Shown piece after piece: positions 38,002-50,274 of a stretch of DNA of 64,000 bases. The notes under the pieces were generated by a model, which was given only the letters and a program-made list of their open reading frames with translations, had not been told where the DNA came from and searched no databases. Source of the DNA: Pristiophorus japonicus. Its lineage: Eukaryota. The stretch lies in contig NC_091993.1 of assembly GCF_044704955.1 (NCBI RefSeq), positions 45,384,001 through 45,448,000 on the forward strand. Reading direction: 5' to 3'. A program made the position numbers and the translations under genes. How positions within the stretch are numbered: position 1 is the stretch's first letter; each line of letters begins with the position of its first letter.

Positions 38002-41000
38002 TATACAGTGCTCCCAAGAGATGCTGGTAGTCGTAGAACGCTGTTACATAGGGTTGCATACATAACATCACTCCCTCCAAAAGTCAGACAATCTGGGGCT
38101 TTTCACTCCCTATTCGATCGTCTCGGTACAAATGCAGGTGCAGGTGAGTTAGTTGGTTCTTTGCTGGGCTGCTGCGCAGCTGGCCTTGCTGGGTTGCTGG
38201 GGATGATGAGTTCAGTTTCGTGGTCAACCGTGATGTCGGTTGCCACTTGTGTGTGTATCGGAGGGTCGAAGTTGGTGGTGTCCTCTTCAGGTTGCTTGTG
38301 GCTGTCTGTGAATCGCAGTTTGGTTTGGTCCAAATGCTTTCTGCAAGTTAGTCCATTTGCGAGTTTGACCTGAAACACCCTACTCCCTTCTTTAGCTATG
38401 AAAGTGCCAGCAAGCCATTTTGGACCATGTCCATAGTTGAGTACAAATACAGGGTCATTGAGTTCAATATCGCGTGACAAGTTTGCGCAATCATGGTACA
38501 TGCTTTGTTGATGCTGCCTGCCCTCGACGTAATCATGGAGATCAGGGTGGATGAGAGAAAATCTTGTTTTGAGCACCCTTTTCATGAGCAGCTCGGCTGG
38601 GGGAACCCTGGTGAGCGAGTGGGGTCTTGTGCGGTAGCTGAGCAGGACTCGGGACAGGCGGATCTGCAGGGAGCATTCCGACACACATTTCAAGCTTTGC
38701 TTGATGGTTTGGACTGCCTGTTCTGCCTGGCCGTTGGATGCGGGCTTGAACGGGGCAGATGTGACGTGCTTACTCCCATTGCGGGTCATGAATTCCTTGA
38801 ATTCAGCACCGGTGAAGACGGCCCGTTGTCGCTGACAAGGACATCAGGCAGGCTGTGCATGGCAAACATGGCTCGTAGGTCTCGATGGTGGCAGTGGACG
38901 TGCTTACAGACATTATTACACACTCAATTCACTTAGAATAAGCATCCACAACAACCAAGAACCTTTTGCCGAGAAATGGGCCAGCGAAGTCAACGTGGAT
39001 CCCAGACCACGGTTTGGAGGGCCCTGACCACAAACTTAGCGGTGCCTCCCTGGGTGCATTGCTCAGTTGAGAGCAAGTGTTGCATTGGCGCATGCAAGAC
39101 TCAAAATCTGAGTCGATGTCAGGCCACCACACATGGGATCTGGCTATAGCTTTCATCATTACTATGCCTGGGTGGGTACTGTGTAGGTCACGTATGAATG
39201 TTTCCCTGCCTTTCTTGGGCAAAACTATGTGATTACCCCACAAAAGACAGTCTGCCTGTATGGACATTTCATCTTTACGCCGCTGGAACAGCTTGATCTC
39301 TTCATGCATCTCCGCTGGGACGCTGGACCAGCTCCCATGGAGGACACAGTTTTTTTTACCAGGGACAGTAAAGGATCTTGGCTGGTCCAGGTCCTGATCT
39401 GGCGGGTCGTAACAGGTGACTTTTCATTTTCAAATGCATCCATCACCAAGAGTAAGTCTGCAGGCTGTGTCATTTCCACCCCGGTGGTGGGCAATGGTAG
39501 CCGACTGAGGGCGTTAGTGCAGTTCTCTGTGCCCGGCCTGTGGCAAATTACATCATTATATGCAGACAGCATGGGCGCCCATCTTTGGATGTGAGCAGAG
39601 ACATTGGTATTAATACCTTTGCTCTCTGAGAATAGCGATATGAGCAGCTTGTCGTCAGTTTCTAACAGATACTAAACCCAAACAGATACTGATGCATTTT
39701 TTTTACCCCGTAAACGCATGCCACAGCTTCGTTTTCAATCATGCTGTAGGTCTTTCGGCCTTGGACAAGCTCCTGGACGCATAAGCGACCAGTTGCAATG
39801 TTCCCGATTCGTTTGCTTGTTGTAACACACACCCGACCCCATACGCAGACGCATCGCAAGCTAGCACTAAACATTTACAAGGATCATACTGGACAAGAAG
39901 TTTGTTGGAACATAACAAATTTCAGGCTTTCTCAAAAGCTGTCCCTTGTGATTTCCCCCATACCCACTCATCTCCCTTGCGTAGCAACACGTGCAGAGGT
40001 TCTAGCAAGGTGCTTAACCCGGGTAGGAAATTACCAAAATAATTGATTCGTCCCAGGAATAACCGCAGCTCCGTCACGTTCTGTGGTCTCGGCGCGTTCT
40101 TGATGGTCTCCATCTTGGCGTCGGTGGGTCTGATGCTGTCTGCCGCGATTCTTCTCCCTAAAAATCGACCTCTGACGCCAGGAAAACACACTTCGAGCGT
40201 TTCAACCTGAGTCCCACACGACCTAGCCGACTTAGAACCTCTTCCAGGTTCTACAAGTGTTTGATGGAGTCCCGACCTGTGACCAATATGTCGTCCTGGA
40301 AAACCACAGTGCGTGGAACCGACTTTAACAGACTCTCCATGTTCCTTTGAAAAATAGCCGTGGCCGATCGAATCCCAAACGGGCATCTATTGTAGATGAA
40401 CAGACCTTTGTGCGTGTTGATGCTGGTGAGGGCTTTCGAAGATTCCGCCAGCTCCTGCGTCATGTAGGCCGAAGTCAGGTCCAACTTGGTGAGTGTCTTT
40501 CCTCCTGCCAGCATCGTAAGTAGGTCGTTTGCCTTGGGTAGCGGGTACTGGTCCTGCAGTGAAAAATGGTTAATTGTTACTTTATAGTCCCCGCAAATTC
40601 TGACCGTGCATCGCCCTTGAGAACTGGAACAATCGGACTGGCCCACTCGTTGAACTCCACCGGCATGATGATGCCCTCTCATTGCAGCCTGTCTAGCTCG
40701 ATCTCCACTTTCTCTTGCATCATATATGGCATTGCCCATGCCTTGTGGTGGATGGGTCATGTACCGGGAATCAAGTGGATCTGCACCTTCGCCCCTGAGA
40801 AACTTCCGATGCCTGGCTCAAACAACAACGGAAACTTGCTCAGAATCTGGGCACATGCGGCGTCGTCGATGGATGAAAGCGCTTGGATGTCATCCCAGTT
40901 CCAGCGGATTTTTCCCAGCCAACTTCTGCCGAACAGTGTGGGGCCATCTCCTGGTACTATCCATAGTGGTAGGTCATGCACTGCTCCATCATCGGAGACT

Positions 41001-41626
41001 TTTACTGCTGCGCTGCCAATTACAGGGATCAGCTCTTTAGTATAAGTTCTCAGCTTGGTGTGAATGGGGTTCAGCTTGGGCCTGTGTGCCTTGTTGCACC
41101 ACAGCCTGTCGAAGGCCTTTTTGCTCATGATGGACTGACTTGCACCCGAGTCCAATTCCATGGATACTGGAATTCCGTTCAGTTCAACTTTTAACATGAA
41201 CCGTGCACATTTTGTTGTGAAGGTGTGTAGCCCATACTCTTTTGCCTCCTCGGTTTGAGTCTCTAGTTCAGTTTGATCCGCCATGGATCGGTCTTCCTCT
41301 GCAACGTGGTGGTTTGCAGGGTTTGCAGCTCGTCTGCACATTCGCTGGAGGTGTCCCATTGTTCCACAGCCTTTGCATGGACAATGTTTGAAGCGGCATT
41401 GATGGACTCGATGATCACCTCCGCAGCGCCAACAAGGTATTAATTGACTCGCATTCACGCTTGATGGCGGACTCTGAGTCATCTGAGGTCGTGCAGCTGC
41501 AGGCCTGTATGTTCTGCCATATACATTCCTGCCTGAAAACGATGTTACTTTGTGTACAGTACTTGCCGAAACATCTTTATGCTGCAAAAATTTTTAGCGC
41601 TGGTGGACATAAATGCCTGGGCTATC

Positions 41627-42240
41627 ATAGAAAACATAGAAAACATAGAAAATAGGTGCAGGAGCAGGCCATTCAGCCCTTCTAGCCTGCACCGCCATTC
41701 AATGAGTTCATGGCTGAACATGAAACTTCAGTACCCCCTTCCTGCTTTCTCGCCATAACCCTTGATCCCCCGAGTAGTAAGGACTTCATCTAACTCCCTT
41801 TTGAATATATTTAGTGAATTGGCCTCAACTACTTTCTGTGGTAGAGAATTCCACAGGTTCACCACTCTCTGGGTGAAGAAGTTTCTCCTCATCTCGGTCC
41901 TAAATGGCTTACCCCTTATCCTCAGACTGTGACCCCTGGTTCTGGACTTCCCCAACATTGGGAACATTCTTTCTGCATCTAACCTGTCTAAACCCGTCAG
42001 AATTTTAAACGTTTCTATGAGGTCCCCTCTCATTCTTCTGAACTCCAGTGAATACAATCCCAATTGATCCAATCTTTCTTGATAGGTCAGTCCCGCCATC
42101 CCGGGAATCAGTCTGGTGAACCTTCGCTGCACTCCCTCAATAGCAAGAATGTCCTTCCTCAAGTTAGGAGACCAAAACTGTACACAATACTCCAGGTGTG
42201 GCCTCACCAAGGCCCTGTACAACTGTAGCAACACCTCCCT
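41627..42240 (-). mobile_element. Young CR1 3' fragment inserted in the gag gene of element B
   Basis: Open CR1 ORF2 C-terminus, 3' UTR and (ttttctatg)n tail at 41627-41652. Confidence 0.92.
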
Positions 42241-42717
42241 GGCTTTGCTCAGGTTCGGTGTTTCAACAGTCAATAGTTTGCGAAGGATAACCTCATGGCC
42301 AATGCCAAGCACAAAAAAGTCTCTTAACATTTGCTCCAGGAATCCATCAAATTCGCAATGTCCTGCAAGGCGCCTTAGTTCGGCGACGTAGCTCGCCACT
42401 TCCTGGCCTTCAGACCGTTGACATGTGTAAAATTGATACCTTGCCATCAGAACGCTCTCCTTCGGATTTAGGTGCTCCCGGACCAGCGTACACAGTTCTT
42501 CATACAATTTTGTTGTTGGTTTCACCGCAGCGAGAAGATTCTTCATGAGGCCATAGGTTGTTGCCCCGCAGACGGTGAGGAGGATCGCCCTTCGTTTGGC
42601 AGTATTCACAGTCCCTTCCAGCTCATTGGCCACGAAGAATTGGTCGAGTCGCTCCAAGAAGGCCTTCCAATTGGTCCCTTCTGAGAATATCTCCAGGATA
42701 CCAACAGTTCTCTGCAT
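41728..42717 (-). CDS. Chimeric open ORF: Gypsy Gag N-terminus fused in frame to the CR1 ORF2 C-terminus (329 aa; expression unknown)
   Basis: MQRTVGIL...ETPNLSKA|REVLLQLYRALVRPHLEY... with the junction at 42241/42240 and no internal stop. Confidence 0.45.
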   Translation of the reverse strand: MQRTVGILEIFSEGTNWKAFLERLDQFFVANELEGTVNTAKRRAILLTVCGATTYGLMKNLLAAVKPTTKLYEELCTLVREHLNPKESVLMARYQFYTCQRSEGQEVASYVAELRRLAGHCEFDGFLEQMLRDFFVLGIGHEVILRKLLTVETPNLSKAREVLLQLYRALVRPHLEYCVQFWSPNLRKDILAIEGVQRRFTRLIPGMAGLTYQERLDQLGLYSLEFRRMRGDLIETFKILTGLDRLDAERMFPMLGKSRTRGHSLRIRGKPFRTEMRRNFFTQRVVNLWNSLPQKVVEANSLNIFKRELDEVLTTRGIKGYGEKAGRGY

Positions 42718-43134
42718 TTTCGCATGATGGTTCGTTATCTCGTCATCAGTTGTTATGTCCCGAATAAAATAATGTGATTGAGTACTGTAGACATGAGTAA
42801 GTGTGACCTTAGTCTCTTAATTCTAACTCCAGATTGTTAGTACAGCATGGGAGGCCTGCTTATATACAGTGCTCCCAAGGGATGCTGGGATCCCTTGGGA
42901 CTCCAACAGATACGCCCTCTGGTGGCGGTAGAATGCTGGTTACATAGGGTTGCATACATGACAAAAAGCATTTGGAACCCTTGGCTATATACGCACAGTG
43001 TACAAAAGCAAATACTTTATGCTAAGCCTCTGTAAACCGTTGGTTCGGCCTCAGCTGGAGTAGTGGACTAGGCACCACACATTAGGAACGATGTAAAAAG
43101 CCTTGGAGAGGATGCAGAGGCAATTTACCATATT

Positions 43135-43913
43135 GGGCCAGAAATCCCAGCCTCCCCAGGTCCGTATGGAGTGTGTATGGACCCGGGAAGGCATCGCAAA
43201 AGCTGGTTTCCGGCACGGGATGCACATGCACAGAAAATCAGCTTTTCCGATCTGTCAAGCTCCAGCTCGATAGATCCTCCGTATCCCCACAGCCGGGACA
43301 TTCGCATGGGCAAGATTGCGGGATTTGCCCGTCTCTTGCCCAGAGAATGTCCTGAAAACTCTTGCACCTGGTAACAGCAGTCGCATAGCCTACTGTTACC
43401 AGCGTAAGAGTTTTAAAACATACAAAAACATAGAAAATAAAATTTAAAGAACACATTTTAATGTTAAGAACCCTGCCCACTAAGGTAAGTTTATTTTTAA
43501 CCCGAATTACAAAACTTTTTTAAAAATCGGAAAAATATATCTTTTTTCTAAGACATTTATTAACTTTAATTTCAATTAATTTTAATTATGTGAGGTGTGT
43601 TTTTTATTTGTTGTTAAGGTGCTTAGTGTGTTTGGTTTTTCTTTCTCATTAATGGCACTGAGAACTGGTAGATACGGAGTTATTGCTATTAATGAGAAAG
43701 CTGTGGAATACAGTATCTGATTGGCTGAGCAGTCACACGTGACTGCACTGTCTCCGTGGGAACCTGGAGGATGGGAGCGCTCTCCGCAGCGCGGGAAGAG
43801 AAGGCCTCCCCACCGGAATCCCACGCTCCTCCCGGACCACCAGGTAAATTCGTAAAAATTCTCCGATCGGAGGCCTGTGTTCGAAAGAAGCCTCCAACCG
43901 AAATTTCAGGGCC
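43135..43913. mobile_element. Harbinger-type MITE
   Basis: Imperfect TIRs gggccagaaat / atttcagggcc; flanks att/atg; cleanly interrupts a CR1. Confidence 0.7.
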
Positions 43914-44369
43914 ATGGACTCCAGGGATCAGAGACTTCAGTTATGTGGGGAGTCTAGACAAGCTGGGGTTGTTCTCCTTAGAGCTGAGACGGTTAAGGGG
44001 AGATTTAATAGAGGTGATCAAAATGATGAGTGGTTTTGATAGGTTATATAGGGATAAACTGTTCCCACTGGCTGAAGGGTCATTAATAAGAGGATATAGA
44101 TTTAAGGTAACTGGTAAAAGAGCCAGTGGGGAGATCATGAGAAATATATTTACACAGTGCGTTATTGTGATTTGGAATGCACTGTCTGAAAGGATGGTGG
44201 ACGTGGATTCAATACTAAATTTCAAAAGGGAATTTCATATATACTTGAAAAGGAAACATTTGTAGGGCTATGGGGGAAGAGCAGGGGAGTAGGACTAATT
44301 AGGTCACTCTTTCAAAGACCCGACACAGGGATGTTGGGCCTAATGGCCTCCTGTGTTGTAAGGTTCTAT

Positions 44370-45164
44370 GGGGCTGAAATTGCCCCTTTGCACAGGGCCA
44401 GTTAGCAGGGGGTGGAGCCACCAGAGTGCGACTGAGTTAGGGCGCTGCCGTGGTGGCCACATCAACCCGTGCAGAATCGCCCCCCCGGGGCTCCAGCGGC
44501 AAATAATGGCTCGCGCTGCACCCCACAATTAGCGCACTGGTGTGCTGATGATGTCATAGCCAGACATGTCAACCCTTTATCCCCCCCCACCCCCGCGCTG
44601 ACCCCGTTGCGCCCCTTGGGGGAAATTGCCTCGCGAGATGCAAGGCCGGCGTGGGGCGATGCCATCGACAGCTTCACGGTGCGAGAAGCCGTGGTGGCTG
44701 TGGCGTCCCGGTCGCCCGTAAAAGGGGGGCGGTCATAGTGCGGCGGCCGCCATCTTTTCTTTGTCGGCCCGACACTGGCAGCTGCTGGTGTGGCCGGGCC
44801 GCCAACATTCAGGCCGACAGCCCCTCTTGGGCACCAGACCGTTGGCCCAGCCCACATCCTCCCTGGTGGCCCAGTGGGCGACACTGAAGAGGCTGCAGAG
44901 CTCACAGCGACCCCTCCCCTTTAAAAAAAGGGGAGAGACATTGTGACGCATCAGCGTGTTGCGGCAATACTGCTGATGTACTGAGCACGGCACTGAGCCC
45001 CACGCCCTGCGAGGGCTGTGCGAACCCTCTGTTAGCACAAGAAACATTTGTTTTCCTCAAAGAGGCCAATTCTGCACCGGGGCCGACACTTCTTTCACCG
45101 CTGCAAAAAAAACATCCAATTCGAATGATGCACTCCAAACCCAGCGCGAGGCAAGTCCGGCCTC
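44370..45164. mobile_element. Harbinger-type MITE inserted in a CR1 tail
   Basis: TIR ggggctgaaattgcccc; degenerate right TIR gaggcaagtccggcctc; the tail resumes as ttgattctat. Confidence 0.72.
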
Positions 45165-45809
45165 CTTGATTCTATAATTAAACTTACCTATTCATTTTAC
45201 TCAGAGTTGACTGAGTCCTCCAAGTTTGGTCTCCAAGAAAGTGATTTCAGACCTCACGGTGATGTGTAAGTATAGGTGACACGATTGATTTGTCCTCAGT
45301 GCTGCCCCTGAGCTGTTCAAACCATAGCCTTACATTACCCAGTCCAAAGTGTATTAGCAAACCATACCAATCATAGTAGGATATATATTACGACTGGCTG
45401 CAATGATTAATTGCCAGAGTCATCAAACGTGAATCAGACTAACACAGATACATTAACTCACACTGCTTTGCTTACATATCTCTGACAAGTTGGCTGCCAC
45501 AATGATAAGGTTAAACATTGGAAGTACCTAAAGTACTCAAGTAGTTATCATTAACTGACAGAGTCTAAATTGTTACAGGTACAAGCACAGATGAAATGAA
45601 TCATATGATCTTAGATTTAGCTGGGTGTTGCCTGAGAACAGTTATACTCAATGTCCAAGATCACTACAGCTAGAAAGTTACATTCAGCGATTTATTGATA
45701 AATTTCCAGCTGAGAACATTCAGACTATTCCACTAACTTCTTATAATCCGAGACACATAGCCCTTGGCCATCTAATAAATGGCATTGGCTGTTCAACTTC
45801 CTCTGGGAT

Positions 45810-46168
45810 AACATAAGAACATAAGAAATAGGAGCAGGAGTAGGCCATATGGCCTCGAGCCTGCTCTGCCATTTAATACGATCATGGCTGATCCAATCAT
45901 GGACTCAGGTCCACTTCCCCGCCCGCTTCCCATAAACCCTTATCCCCTTATCGGTTAAGAAACTGTCTATCTCCGCCTTAAATTTATTCAATGTCCCAGC
46001 TTCCACAACTCTCTGAGGCAGCAAATTCCACAGATTTACAACCCTCTGAGAGAAGAAAGTTCTCCTCATCTCAGTTTTAAATGGGCGGCCCCTTATTCTA
46101 AGATCATGTCCCCTAGTTCTAGTCTCCCCCATCAGTGGAAACATCCTCTCTGCATCCACCTTGTCAAG
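45810..46168 (-). mobile_element. CR1 3' end
   Basis: acataagaacataagaa tail; ORF 45905-46180. Confidence 0.9.
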
Positions 46169-46464
46169 CTCCAGCTCCACCTCCTTGGGGGGTCCACCTC
46201 AAGATACATGTCTGCTATCTCTTTGTATGGTGATATAATTACTTGCTATCTCTCTATTCTCAGTGGATTAAGCTCTTACTCCACAGTGCGATACACTTTG
46301 CAAGTTATTTCTGTCAGATTATATACTGAAATCTAGTTTCTTAATCTCTTATTAACTTCCTTTAACCTTCTCCAACCTTCTGATTTGGATCTGTGGAACA
46401 CAAACGTTAACTTAATTTAAGGTAAAACTTATCTCATTACTTCACTAAGCCAATTGAAAGATAT

Positions 46465-46935
46465 TTAAAAAGGAAAGATTTGCAGAACTATGAGGGAAGA
46501 GCGGGGAAGTGGGACTAATTGGATCGGTCTTTCATAGAGCCAGCAACAACAACAAAAAGAATGATTTGGATTAATATAGCGCCTTTCACGACCACCGGAC
46601 GTCTCAAAGCGCTTTAGAGCAATGGAGTACTTTTGGAGTGTAGTCACTGTTGTAATGTGGGAACAACAACAACTTGTATTTATATAGCGCCGTTAACCTA
46701 GTGAAATGTCCCAAGGCGCTTCACAGGAGTGTTATGAGACAAAAAGTTTGACATTGAGCCACATAAGGAGAGATTTGGGCAGTTGGTCAAAGAGGTAGGT
46801 TTTAAGGAGCGTCTTGAAGGAGGAGGGAGAGGTGGAGAGGTGGAGGGGTTTAGGTTGGGAGTTCTAGAGCTTGGGGCCCAGGCAACAGAAGGCACAGTGG
46901 GCTGAAGGGCCTCCTTCTGTATGATTCTATGATTC
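46465..46935. mobile_element. CR1 3' end (+) interrupted by minus-strand SINE-tail and L2 3' fragments (~46545-46895)
   Basis: CR1 UTR at 46465-46545 resumes at ~46897-46935 (attctatgattct). The inserts carry (caa)n tails and 'tatatagcgcc'. Confidence 0.6.
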
Positions 46936-47796
46936 TTTCTGTCACTTTATGGTGTTATTGAGTTAGACAATCACATGTCAGGGATTATAATAGTTATGTT
47001 TTAATTAGTCTAATATCTGTAACTTCCCCTTAGATGCTTCACTCATTTCCTGTCCCAGCACCTAAACGTTGATAAGGCAATTTCCACATCTCAGCAGTTT
47101 TATGAGGCTTTTCTCTCCAGGTTATACTGCCATTAACTCAGACATATCAATTAGTCTGGAGCTTTGCAAACTTGATAGGTTTATCTTAATCCAGCCACAG
47201 GACATCTGATGGTGACAGGATGCACGAGTCCTTTGTCTAGTTCGACAAGCGCTTATGGTCCGTTCTCTCGGAACTTCAATGTTAACCCTTTCTATGTTCC
47301 CACAATTCAGCAGGTTGGTTTAAATTGCCACTTATACTGCATTACATAGTGTCAAAAAATGTTTACAAACCAACTTACACAAGCCACTTGTTTCGCACTG
47401 AACCCATTTACAACTTCACTCTTGATGAGATTTAGTTTATGTTACACAAGAAAAATAATTTGCATTTATTCTGTATCATTCACATCTTTAGAATGTTCCA
47501 AAGTGCTTTGCAACCAATATATTACATTTTCAGTGTTGTCACGGTTGTTTTGGCAAATGTGGCTGCTAATTTGAATAGAGCAATGCCCCACATGGAGCAA
47601 ATGGTATAAAGGACCAGTTAATCTGTTTTGGGAAGGGTAGCTTGAGGGAGGAAGGTTGGCAGGGACAGCAAGGGAACTCTCGGCTTCTCTTCAACCAGGA
47701 AGGCAGGTGCTCAGTTTACCGCCTCATCTAAACAACTGCACCTCTGATGATGCTGCACTCCCTCATTACTGCACTGAACATAAGAACAAAATAAAT

Positions 47797-48360
47797 CATC
47801 ATCATAGGCGGTCCCTCGAAACGAGGATGACTTGCTTCCACGCCAAAAAAGAATGAGTTCACAGGTGCTTCAATGAAGGACCTAATATTCCAGGTCCTGA
47901 ACTACATCCTGAAGGGTGGAAGATGCCTGTGCGTGGATTTTTGTAACGTGTGGTGACCATTGCACACCAGCCACCACACGGGCTTGACAGAGCTAGGTCT
48001 AGGTCCAGGGGCAAGGGTTAACCAGGATGACTGGAGACCAGCTCTGCTGCACGGACCTAGTGCGCGCACATATCGCAGTGTGGGCTGGCCCGTGCTGCCC
48101 CTGGGCTCTCACCTCTTCTGGCCCCGAACCCACGCCTCTCCTGGGCCCCGATCGCGTCGCTCTGCGATCTCTCACCGCTCCTTCGCCCCGACCTCACCGC
48201 TCCTGCTGTACCTGCCCATGCTCCAATCACCGACCTGGACCTAGAAATATGTCCAATCCAGTCTCCCTCTGTGCTGCCGTCACCCTCCTGCGCCAGCTCG
48301 CACTGTACCTAGCAATGGCATGGCCGCCATGCTGCCCATGGCCGGCGCTCGACGCTCCTT
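47797..48360 (-). mobile_element. RTE-derived bipartite non-autonomous element
   Basis: Tail (cat)n aggcggtccctcg; body matches the RTE 5' UTR and element 18840-19400. Confidence 0.82.
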
Positions 48361-49195
48361 TTAAGAAAATAGGAGCAGGAGAAGGCTATTTGGCCGCTTG
48401 AGTCTGCTCCTCCATTCAATAAAATCTGGCTGATCTTCTACCTCAACTCCACCTTCTTACTCTATCCCCATATCGCTTGCTTCTCTTAATATCCAAAAAT
48501 CTATCGATCTCTGTCTTGGATATACTCAATGACTGAGCCTCCAATGCCCTCTGGGGCAGAGAAATCCAGAGATTCACAACCTTTTGAGTGAAGAAATTTC
48601 TCCTCCTCTCAGTCCTAAATGGCTAACCCCTTATCCTGAGACTGTGTGACCCCTGGTTCTAGACCACCCAGCCAGGGGAAACCTCCTCCCAGCATCAACC
48701 CTGTCAAGCCCTTAAGGATTTTACATGTTTCAATGAGATCACCTCTCATTCTTCTAAACTCGAGGGACTATCGGCCTAGTCCGCTCAATCTCTTCTCATA
48801 GGACAACCCCCCCATCCCAGGAATCAGTCTGGTCAACCTTCGTTGCACTCCCTCTATGGCAAGTATGTCCTTCCTTCGGTAAGGAGACCAAAACTGTACG
48901 CAATACTCCAAGTGTACTCTCACCAGGGCCCGATATAATTGCAGTAAGATTTATTTACTCGTACACTCCAATCCTTTTGTAAAAAAGCCAACATACCATT
49001 TGCTTTCCTAATTGCTTGTGTACACCCAGGTCCCTCTGAACACCAACATTTCCCAGTCACTCACCATTTAAAAAATACTCTGCTTTTCTAATTTTTCTAC
49101 CAAAGTGAATAACTTCACATTTCTCCACATTATACGCCATTTGCCATGTTCTTGCCCACTCACTTAGCCTGTCTATATCCCTTTACAGACTCTGT
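48361..49195 (-). mobile_element. CR1 3' fragment
   Basis: Homologous to 41650-42240 and 1100-1980. Confidence 0.88.
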
Positions 49196-49363
49196 GAACG
49201 GAGTGTTGGCCAGGGCCTTTGGACGTGGCTGCAAGACTACCATCAGCTGACTCGATTAGATAAATGTAGACTGTAACATATTCTATCAGTGACTTTGATT
49301 TCTTGAGTGAATGTCTACCTTTAGTCTGTGTTGCCTGGTATTTTGGCAGGGATTATTGACCTG

Positions 49364-49976
49364 GGGGCCACAATTGATGAACTTACCGCCGACTGCCGCT
49401 GACATCCCTCTGCTCGGACCGCCTGGTGCCACTTTCGACGTGGCCTGGAACGGGCGGGCGGGAGGGAGAGCCGTCGGGAAGCGCCCGCCTATGTCAGCGG
49501 ACGGCCGATGCGCGTAAGCGGACTCCCGCCCGCGGAGATGCCGGATTGGTGCGGGCGGGAGTCGGCCGTGGACCGCTGCGTGGGGGCTGCTCTGTCCGGA
49601 ATGGTGAGGGTCAAGATCCTGTAAAAAAGGCAAGTGGAATGTTTTCAAATTATTTCTTTTCAGGGACTTACCTGGAGGGGTTCCCCTGAAGATCGTCGGC
49701 TGTTTCTTTTTTTTGTTGATGATTTTTTTTCCAGCTCTTCCACCCTCCGTGAGCCCGACTCCAGCCTCGGTGGCACTAGGGCAGCAAGCGCCTCTGCCGT
49801 CGAGAATGAGATCTCCCGCCCGCTGCCGCCCAGATTGGCGGTGTACGCCATTGATTTGCCGTCCGCTGACCTTCGAGGGACCTCGGCAATGAAAACCCCG
49901 CCCAAAGTCCCGTCCGGTACCTCGACGGCCATCGGTGGCACTTGGGCAGGTGGAGGCCTTGACCAAATTCGGCCCC
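49364..49976. mobile_element. Harbinger-type MITE with CTG TSD
   Basis: TIRs ggggccacaattg / caaattcggcccc; perfect 3-bp TSD CTG (49361-49363 and 49977-49979). Confidence 0.85.
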
Positions 49977-50274
49977 CTGGTCTCAGTCAAGCCATCATGT
50001 GGGTGAATAAAACAATTGTTTTAACCATTCCGAGCCAATTCCAGTGACCAATTACTTAGTAAACGATAAAAGATCCAGAAACCCATGTTGCAGAGTACCG
50101 CCCATTGCATCAGCAAACCCATCACTGCCCAAAATTCTGATCACAGCACCAAAGAGCCTGATCTCCTGCTCTGTTAAGAAATGCAACACACGACAAAATA
50201 AATCATAGAAATAACGTTGCTTAAAAAAACTCAGTACTGCTTTTGAAACTATGAAACCAAAAGCACACACTAGC

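Larger units (their letters stand above)
33315..42963 (-). mobile_element. Gypsy (Mag-clade-like) element B, minus strand, containing copy A2 and a CR1
   Basis: 5' LTR 42751-42963 (TG..CA); PBS tgatgacgag; gag ATG 42717; PR/RT/RH/IN fragments 38103-41587; PPT near 38068-38080. The 3' LTR is split into 38002-38067 and 33315-33405. Flanks aaaat/aaaag (4/5 TSD match). Confidence 0.93.
33220..44369 (+). mobile_element. Old CR1 3' fragment split into 33220-33314, 42964-43134 and 43914-44369 by later insertions
   Basis: The CR1 sequence resumes colinearly across each insertion ('gttgttaaaa|aaaagcatttgg', 'tttacca..|atggactccaggg') and ends in a ttctatg tail. Confidence 0.8.

Noticed and set aside
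49286-50047. ORFs of 130-234 aa in GC-rich segments (also 2478-2963, 44462-44905, 51408-52257)
   Set aside because: They fall in TIR-bounded MITEs where high GC suppresses stop codons; no protein motifs.
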